In this document: positions 25,805 through 32,000 of the stretch, piece after piece
Layout: each line of letters begins with the position of its first letter
How positions within the stretch are numbered: the first letter of the stretch is position 1
Assembly: GCA_046304295.1 (NCBI GenBank)
Contig: JBKCES010000311.1
Location: 969 to 32,968, forward strand
Direction of reading: 5' to 3'
Source of the DNA: Cyanobacteriota bacterium
Lineage (GTDB): Bacteria > Cyanobacteriota > Cyanobacteriia > Cyanobacteriales > Microcystaceae
DNA: 32,000 nucleotides
Position numbers and translations under genes: made by a program
The notes under the pieces: model-generated
The model's input: only the letters and a program-made list of their open reading frames with translations
What the model was told of the DNA's origin: nothing
The model's database searches: none

Positions 25805-28165
25805 GTGTCCGACAGTTATTTGGAAGCTCCCCTTGAGGAACTACAAGCCAGCGCCGAATCTCCCCAGCGGGTGCCGCCTCGTTTGCGGCTCATGGTTCGC
25901 ACCCTCCTCCGCAAATCTCCGTTTATCTTCGGCTTCACGGCGCTGAGCGCTTCGGCCAGTTTGGTCTTCGCTTTTTTCCAGCCCTTTACCTACAAAGGCA
26001 ATTTTTACCTCTTGGTGGAACCCATCACCGCCGCGGCTCGTTTGAGCGATCCTTCCACCATCGCCCGAGGCGGAGGCACCTTCAGGAACGAGCTGACGGA
26101 GCTAGACTATCCCACCAACTTGGCCTTTCTCCAGGGACCGGGGATGGCACAACAAATCGCCCAGGATGTTTTTGACAAAAAGGTTTTAAAGAAACGCTCC
26201 CTACCCGCCATTATCAAGGAGGTGCGAGACAATCTAAAAGTGGAATGGATTCGAGATAGACGGGGGTCGGACGCCACCAAAATTTTCGCCGTCACCTACA
26301 GCGCCCCCAGCGCCCGGGAGGTAGAAGCGGTGTTAACCGTGGCCGCGGACAGCTTTGTCAAATACAGCACGAAAGACCGAGAAAGCAGTCTTAAGGCCGG
26401 AGTTGAGTTTATCGACGACCAGCTCCCTAACCTCCAGCGCAACCTCGCCGCCCTCAAGGCCCAGCAAAAAGAATTGCGACAGCGCTACGCCCTTGTCAAT
26501 CCCAGCGCCAAACAGGAGACGTTGCTGACGGAAATTAGCACCCTCTCCGGCCAGCGTCTAAGCTTGGTGCAACAAATCAAGTCCCAACAGGAAATTATTA
26601 AAAAACTACAAGCAGAACTGAAAGTCTCTGAGGAAGAAGCGGTTTCCGCCTCCATTATCAATCAAGATCAAGAGCGCCTAAGTTTAATCAAGCGATTACA
26701 GGAACTCGACGCGCAGATCGCCTCCGTCAGCGCCGTTTATACGGATAACAGCAACCAAATGCTGAATCTGAGGGAGCAGAGGAACAACCTCCAGGCGCTG
26801 TTAGACAAGCGCAACCAAAAATTAGCCGGTCAGGTGCGAATCCCTATCGATCCCAACTCTAGCGCCGCTGATTTACAAGACCCCACTCGTCTGGATCTGA
26901 TTAAGCAATTAACTGCGGCCAGAACCCAACTGGAAAGTCTCCAATCCCAGCTGCCTCCCTTGGAGACGAGAATTCGGCAACTAGAGGCGGCGGCGGCGGA
27001 TTTGCCCAAAGTGATCAATCAATACGAAGCTATTGAAAGAGAGATTACGCTCAATGAGCAAATCGTTGATAAATTTCTCCTGCAACGGGAAACGCTGAAG
27101 GTGGAGGCGTCCCAAGAATTGCCTTGGCAGATTATTTCCAAGCCCCAGGTGCCCACGGATGAACAGGGTAACCCCATCGGCGAGGCGCCGCCCCGGACTC
27201 GGTTGCTCGTGGCGGGTTTAGGGGGAGGCTTGTTGTTCTCGACTCTGCTGGCGCTGTTGTGGGAAAAAATGCGCAATGTTTTTTATTCTTCGACAGACGC
27301 GCAAGATCTTCTAGGAATTCCCTTAGTCGGCGAAGTTTATCGGCACTTGGCGCCCCGCACCGCTCTCATGCCCCTACGCCAGTCCCCCGCCCTAGAAGCG
27401 GCTAAAACAGCTCTGCTTTTAGAAAAGTCCCCTGGCCAGGCCCTACTGGAGGAAGGGGAAAAATCGATGGCGCCCGCCGCCGCGACGGCCCTGTTAGTCG
27501 AGAAACCGGCCATCGAGAATGAGCCTGGAGCCGTCAACGGCGGCCCCCCTTCGCCCTCCCCTCTACCAGCGCCGGGCTTTGCGTCCATTCCGGGGGTTTT
27601 TGAAGATATCTACGCCGAGCTTTCCTTCTTTTACCGCTCTCCGGCTCTCCGTTCCCTAGTGATTTCCGCCATTCAACCCGGCGACGGTCAATCCACCCTG
27701 ATTTTGAATTTGGCCATCGCCGCCGCCAGTCAAGGCCGTAAGGTCTTAGTCGTGGATCTGCAACCCCAGGGCGTGGGTATTACCCAATGGCTCGGGGGAA
27801 GCCGCCAACCGGGAATCAAAAATCTGCTAGCGGAAGAAGCGGCGCTGGAGTCGGTATTACAAACCTTCCCGGCCCATCCCAATCTTCATCTCTTGAGCAC
27901 AGGACAGGAGACTCCCCTCTCCCCCCTCTGGTCGCCAGACTTCCAGTATCTCATGGCGGAGTTTCAGGCTAGCTATGATTTGGTGCTCTACGACCTCCCC
28001 TCTTTCTTCGTCACCACCGACCTCTATTTTATCGCCAGCCACACCGACGGTCTTATCTTTGCCGTGAGTCTGCAAAAAACGCCCCTCAATAAGACTGCAC
28101 AGGCTGTTAAAAAAGCTCAGGAACTGCGATTACCGGTGATTGGGCTGATGACCAATCTAGCTTAA
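25805..28165 (+). CDS. polysaccharide chain-length determinant (Wzz/GumC-like) fused to a degenerate BY-kinase-like P-loop domain
   Basis: 786 aa: an N-terminal TM segment, a long coiled-coil periplasmic region, a second TM (LLVAGLGGGLLFSTLLALLW), then a C-terminal ParA/BY-kinase-like domain. Its Walker A reads PGDGQST, with Gln where Lys is expected. There is a Walker B-like YDLVLYDLPS and no C-terminal Tyr cluster. The start is uncertain: GTG 25805 or ATG 25892. Confidence 0.75.
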   Translation: MSDSYLEAPLEELQASAESPQRVPPRLRLMVRTLLRKSPFIFGFTALSASASLVFAFFQPFTYKGNFYLLVEPITAAARLSDPSTIARGGGTFRNELTELDYPTNLAFLQGPGMAQQIAQDVFDKKVLKKRSLPAIIKEVRDNLKVEWIRDRRGSDATKIFAVTYSAPSAREVEAVLTVAADSFVKYSTKDRESSLKAGVEFIDDQLPNLQRNLAALKAQQKELRQRYALVNPSAKQETLLTEISTLSGQRLSLVQQIKSQQEIIKKLQAELKVSEEEAVSASIINQDQERLSLIKRLQELDAQIASVSAVYTDNSNQMLNLREQRNNLQALLDKRNQKLAGQVRIPIDPNSSAADLQDPTRLDLIKQLTAARTQLESLQSQLPPLETRIRQLEAAAADLPKVINQYEAIEREITLNEQIVDKFLLQRETLKVEASQELPWQIISKPQVPTDEQGNPIGEAPPRTRLLVAGLGGGLLFSTLLALLWEKMRNVFYSSTDAQDLLGIPLVGEVYRHLAPRTALMPLRQSPALEAAKTALLLEKSPGQALLEEGEKSMAPAAATALLVEKPAIENEPGAVNGGPPSPSPLPAPGFASIPGVFEDIYAELSFFYRSPALRSLVISAIQPGDGQSTLILNLAIAAASQGRKVLVVDLQPQGVGITQWLGGSRQPGIKNLLAEEAALESVLQTFPAHPNLHLLSTGQETPLSPLWSPDFQYLMAEFQASYDLVLYDLPSFFVTTDLYFIASHTDGLIFAVSLQKTPLNKTAQAVKKAQELRLPVIGLMTNLA

Positions 28166-30529
28166 AAAGGCCACGGTCACCCCGGCGCCGCCCTCCTCCC
28201 GGGGCGCCGTTTCGTAGCGGCTTACTTGGGGGTGGCGGTCTAAAAATTCCCGCACCCCCTCCCGCAATTTGCCGGTGCCCTTGCCGTGGATGATCCAAAG
28301 GGCGCCAAAGTCATTGGCCTGACGAATCGCTTCTTCCAACAGGGATTCCGCCGCTTCTACCCGACTGCCCCGTAGATCGATAGTATTTTTTTCGCTCCGC
28401 AGACGGATCGGCGCCTTTGGGGTTTGGGGGAGAGGAGCCATCGGTGCCGGTTTGGGGGGCGGCGGCTCCGCTTTTTTTCCATCCAGGGATTCAATGTCCG
28501 CTAGAGGCAGGGTCATTTTTAACAGCCCCAGTTTGACCGTCACTTCCCCCGACTCCAGACTCGTTACCTCCGCCGTTTGCCCCAGATTGGCGAGGCGCAC
28601 CCGTTCCCCGATTTGGGGTAAATAGCCCTGGGGCACCGGTGCCGGTTTTTGGCTGTGTTGAATTTGGGCCAGGGCTTGGGTAGCTTGATGGGCATCTTGG
28701 GCCGTGGGGGTTCCCCGTTGCAGTTGCCGGATCACCTGGGCGATTTCCGCCTTGGCCTCCAGAATGGCCCGCTGGACTTCCTCCTCCTGTTGTTGTTTGA
28801 GTTCCCGTTCCCGCCGTTGCAAGCTCTCGGATTTCGCTAACAATTCCCGATGGAAAGCCTCGGTTTCCTGTAACAGGCGCCGGGCTTCCCCGGCTTTGCT
28901 CTCCTGCTCCCGGCGCTGTTCTTCCAGCCCGGCGATGACCTGGTTCACGTCTTCCCGCAGTCCCCCAAGGCGAACTCTTGCCTGCTCTAAAATCCCCTGG
29001 GGCAACCCCAGGCGCTGGGCGATGGCCAGGGCGTTGGAGCGCCCCGGAATGCCCCAGAGCAGACGGTAGGTGGGCGCTAGGGTTTGGTCGTCAAATTCCA
29101 CCGAGGCGTTTTCAAAGCGGGCATCCTGGTATTTCAGTGACTTCAGTTCGCCGTAGTGGGTGGTGGCCAGGGTTAACTGAGTCTTTTGGGCTAAGTCATT
29201 TAAGAGCGCAATGGCTAGGGCCGTGCCCTCCACCGGATCAGTGCCAGCGCCGACTTCGTCCAGCAAAACTAGGGCGGAGGCGTAGGGATCTGCGGGGGGA
29301 AGAGCGTCTAAAATGCGGCCAATTCTGCGGATATGACCGGAAAAAGTGGATAAACTCTGCTCCAGGGATTGCTCGTCGCCAATATCGGCTAGGATCTCGG
29401 CGAACCAAGGAATTTCCACCGGCTCCTTGGCGGGAAGATACAGTCCCGCTTTGGCCATCAGCGCCGCTAAGCCTAGGGTTTTAAGGGTGGCGGTTTTGCC
29501 GCCGGTGTTGGGGCCGGTGAGGGTGACGACCCGAATCTGAGGATCGATAGTCAAGCTAATGGGCACCACTTCGGCGCCGTCCTGGCGCCGGTTTTGCCAA
29601 ACGAGGAGGGGATGGCGCAACTGCCGCAGGGTAATGGCTTCCTGGGGAGAAATAAAGCGGGGGGGATTGGCGCCCAGCCAGAGGCTATAACGGAGGCAGG
29701 CGTTGGCCAAATCCAGTTGGGTGACGACGGTTAGCAGATCGTCTAAATCCTCCCGGCGCTCTCCGACTTTTTGGCTCAGGGCCCGAAGAATGATCTCCTC
29801 CTCGCGGATTTCCTGACGACGGCTCTGGCGCAGTTGATTGCCCAGGTCTAAAGTCCCCTTGGGTTCAATATATAAGGTGGCGCCAGTGCTGGAGCTATCC
29901 TGAACGACGCCGGGAATTTGCTCCTTGTGGGAGGCTTTCACCGCCAAGACGTAGCGGTCGCCCCGTTGGGTGATCACCGTTTCCTGGAGGGCGTTGCCCT
30001 GACGCTGGATAATAGTCTGGAGTTTTTGATAAATTTGCTCACGCAAGCGCCGGGATTGGCCCCGCAGTTCCCCCAATTTGGCGCTGGCCCGGTCGGCGAC
30101 CTGAGCGTCTTCCCCCAGGCAATGATGGATCTCCTGCTCTAAGTCCGGGTAGGTGCGCAGATCCGCCACCAGCGCCAGCAGGGTGGGCGTCTCCTCCTGC
30201 TCCTCGATCACCCGGCGGAGGCGCCGGGCGCCGGCGAGGGTCTGGGCGAGGTCCAGCAGTTCGGCGCCGGCTAACATCCCCCCCTTAGCGGCCCGCTCTA
30301 GGCTCTGCCGACAATCGGCGACGCCGGTAAATTTCCAGTTGGGGTTGAGGCTATGGCTCAGGCGCTCGACTTCTTGGGTTTGCCGTAGTTGCTCTTGGCT
30401 TTCCGCTAAGGTTGCGGGAATCGGCAAATTTTGGGCGTAGAGGCTACCCAGGGGCGTTTCTGTAAATTCCGCCACCTGTTGACAGAGACGGGGCCATTCC
30501 AGTAAGTCAAGGGTTTCGGATTGGATCAA
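28157..30529 (-). CDS. mutS2: endonuclease MutS2 (MutS domain plus C-terminal Smr)
   Basis: Walker A GPNTGGKT, the MutS ATPase core, a coiled-coil linker and an Smr domain (IDLRGSRVEAA...LWIIHGKGTGKLREGV). Confidence 0.92.
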   Translation of the reverse strand: MIQSETLDLLEWPRLCQQVAEFTETPLGSLYAQNLPIPATLAESQEQLRQTQEVERLSHSLNPNWKFTGVADCRQSLERAAKGGMLAGAELLDLAQTLAGARRLRRVIEEQEETPTLLALVADLRTYPDLEQEIHHCLGEDAQVADRASAKLGELRGQSRRLREQIYQKLQTIIQRQGNALQETVITQRGDRYVLAVKASHKEQIPGVVQDSSSTGATLYIEPKGTLDLGNQLRQSRRQEIREEEIILRALSQKVGERREDLDDLLTVVTQLDLANACLRYSLWLGANPPRFISPQEAITLRQLRHPLLVWQNRRQDGAEVVPISLTIDPQIRVVTLTGPNTGGKTATLKTLGLAALMAKAGLYLPAKEPVEIPWFAEILADIGDEQSLEQSLSTFSGHIRRIGRILDALPPADPYASALVLLDEVGAGTDPVEGTALAIALLNDLAQKTQLTLATTHYGELKSLKYQDARFENASVEFDDQTLAPTYRLLWGIPGRSNALAIAQRLGLPQGILEQARVRLGGLREDVNQVIAGLEEQRREQESKAGEARRLLQETEAFHRELLAKSESLQRRERELKQQQEEEVQRAILEAKAEIAQVIRQLQRGTPTAQDAHQATQALAQIQHSQKPAPVPQGYLPQIGERVRLANLGQTAEVTSLESGEVTVKLGLLKMTLPLADIESLDGKKAEPPPPKPAPMAPLPQTPKAPIRLRSEKNTIDLRGSRVEAAESLLEEAIRQANDFGALWIIHGKGTGKLREGVREFLDRHPQVSRYETAPREEGGAGVTVAFLS

Positions 30530-30577
30530 GGCTAGGGCAAGTCAGGGGGAATCAAAGTCGTTCCCATAGTAAAGGAT

Positions 30578-31093
30578 TCAGCCGATAGCTTGTTGTTGTT
30601 TCCCTCGTCTCTGGGCGAACCAAGACCGGAGCAAGTCCTGACACGCTTGTTCCCGAATGCCCCCAATCACTGGCAGGGAGTAATGGGAAGCCGCGCTCTG
30701 GGGAATAGTTAACACCGTTTGAATCGCACCCGCCTTCGGGTCGGCGGCGCCGTAAACCAGGAGACCCAAGCGCGCCTGTAACAAAGCACCGGCGCACATG
30801 GGACAAGGCTCCAGGGTAACGTAGAGTCGACAGGTTTCCAAATGCCAAGTTCCCAAAACCCGGCTCGCCTGTTCAAGCGCCAAAATTTCCGCATGGGCGA
30901 CAGGATTGCTGTCCCGTTGTTTGCGATTGGCCGCCTCAGCTAAAACCGTTCCTTCTTGGCTCACCACCACGGCACCTACCGGCACATCCCCCGCCGCTCC
31001 AGCTTCCTGAGCCAGTGTTAACGCACGATCGAGCCAACGATAATGGTCGGCGTTGGCCTGGGGGGTGAGGTAGGGAGCTAAGGTCGCCAGCAT
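30578..31093 (-). CDS. tadA: tRNA adenosine(34) deaminase
   Basis: CDA-fold zinc motifs HAEILAL and PCPMCAGAL, with a length typical of TadA. Confidence 0.9.
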   Translation of the reverse strand: MLATLAPYLTPQANADHYRWLDRALTLAQEAGAAGDVPVGAVVVSQEGTVLAEAANRKQRDSNPVAHAEILALEQASRVLGTWHLETCRLYVTLEPCPMCAGALLQARLGLLVYGAADPKAGAIQTVLTIPQSAASHYSLPVIGGIREQACQDLLRSWFAQRRGKQQQAIG

Positions 31094-31260
31094 GGTTTAG
31101 GGTTTAACGCCGGGTGTTGTCAAATCTAAAGATGGTCAAATCAGTCTAGACTTCAAAACACTTTGATAGCAAGGCTTTTCTTGTGTTGCATTCACTCTTC
31201 ATTTTCTGATCTGATCAACGCCAATAATTTCCCCACCCACAAGAAATATAAAAAACAGTA

Positions 31261-31290
31261 TTGACATCTCTGCCAGAAACTGGATAAGAT
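31261..31290 (+). promoter_or_regulatory. sigma70-like promoter candidate in the ORF-less AT-rich tail
   Basis: Perfect TTGACA (31261-31266), an 18-nt spacer, then TAAGAT (31285-31290). No ORF of meaningful length follows. Confidence 0.25.
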
Positions 31291-32000
31291 GTAACTCTGA
31301 GCTCACATTATAGGAGGCTGACAGAAAAGGAAGTTTTTCCTGAGGTCGTCTAGGGGGTTGTATCCCGTTATACAATTCTGCTCTGGCTGGCCCGCAAGGA
31401 AGCCTTATTCTCTTGCGATCTTGTCTTCCGTGACTACTGGCCTAATCCCCAGAGATCTATAGACATCTTCGGAAATTATAATCCTTTAGCAGTAAGGCCT
31501 TGAGCCTGTACTATCCATGACCTTCAATTGGCTGAAAGCCCCGTCTCTCGTTCCTAATTCAATTTCATCAGGAAAATATGAGCGCAAAAAATCAACTTTT
31601 ATTATCCCAATCCCTTTACCAATAAAGCTTACAAGCCATTAATTATATTTCGGATGTGTCTATTGCATCAAGACAAATTAAGTTAATCGAGATAGTCTAA
31701 TGTTTTTTAAAAAGCTGAGTATTAAATCACTTCAACGATCCAAGCTAATCTGCACCCTTAAATTGATCAAAAACCAACTAACAATTTTATGGTTGTCTCA
31801 ATCAAAAAAAATGATTACCTTGCAACCCACTCGCAGTACACATAGCTATTATCACTTTATTGTCGATCTTTTGCTTCCCCTCAGTACAGTAATAAAAAAT
31901 ACGCCTGATGATTGCATTTTTGTAATCCAAGAGTTTGGTATTCTTACTAACTTACTTACCCAAATATTTCCAGGGCGAATCAAAATAGAAGAAAGAGATA

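Noticed and set aside
28157-28165. 9-nt convergent overlap of the Wzz/kinase-like gene and mutS2 3' ends
   Set aside because: Short convergent overlaps are common in compact genomes, and I see no structure suggesting regulation.
28649-29540. Several plus-strand ORFs (63-168 aa) opposite mutS2, and 29918-30440 likewise
   Set aside because: They are Arg/Ser/Pro-rich antisense artefacts within a well-supported MutS2 gene.
30552-30848. 98-aa and 61-aa alternative-frame ORFs within tadA
   Set aside because: They are out-of-frame with the deaminase zinc-binding motifs and are compositional artefacts.

Overview
This window looks like cyanobacterial chromosome: about 55-58% GC by eye, with psbY, a urtABCDE urea-transporter operon behind an NtcA-type promoter, and typical small hairpin repeats. 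The core genes are an APH-like kinase fusion, an LptF/G permease, psbY, a gamma-CA-like protein, an EF-G paralogue, cbiQ/cbiO, trpB, gyrA, urtEDCBA, tsaC, a Wzz/BY-kinase-like protein, mutS2 and tadA. I saw no rRNA, tRNA or CRISPR array. Between gyrA and urtE lies a ~4.8 kb AT-rich accessory island (about 12.9-17.6 kb). It holds a gutted type IIG-like restriction gene, of which an N-terminal fragment and two copies of the C-terminal tail survive. It also holds an m5C methyltransferase paired with a HaeII-family-like endonuclease, a vapBC pair, a DUF2283 gene, and a second methyltransferase paralogue with no endonuclease. The main finding is that the core DNA of the window is saturated with the palindrome CGGCGCCG and its one-off variants CGGCGCTG/CAGCGCCG. 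By hand count there are about 26 perfect palindromes and about 180 RGCGCY sites, against roughly 1 and 45-50 expected from base composition. That is HIP-like density, and I saw no canonical HIP1 (GCGATCGC). The motif core RGCGCY is the specificity predicted for the HaeII-like R-M pair in the island. So this genome appears to over-represent, rather than avoid, the target of an apparently intact resident restriction enzyme, and it also carries a compositionally ameliorated orphan copy of the methyltransferase. All counts, identities and family assignments were made by eye or from memory and need computational confirmation.
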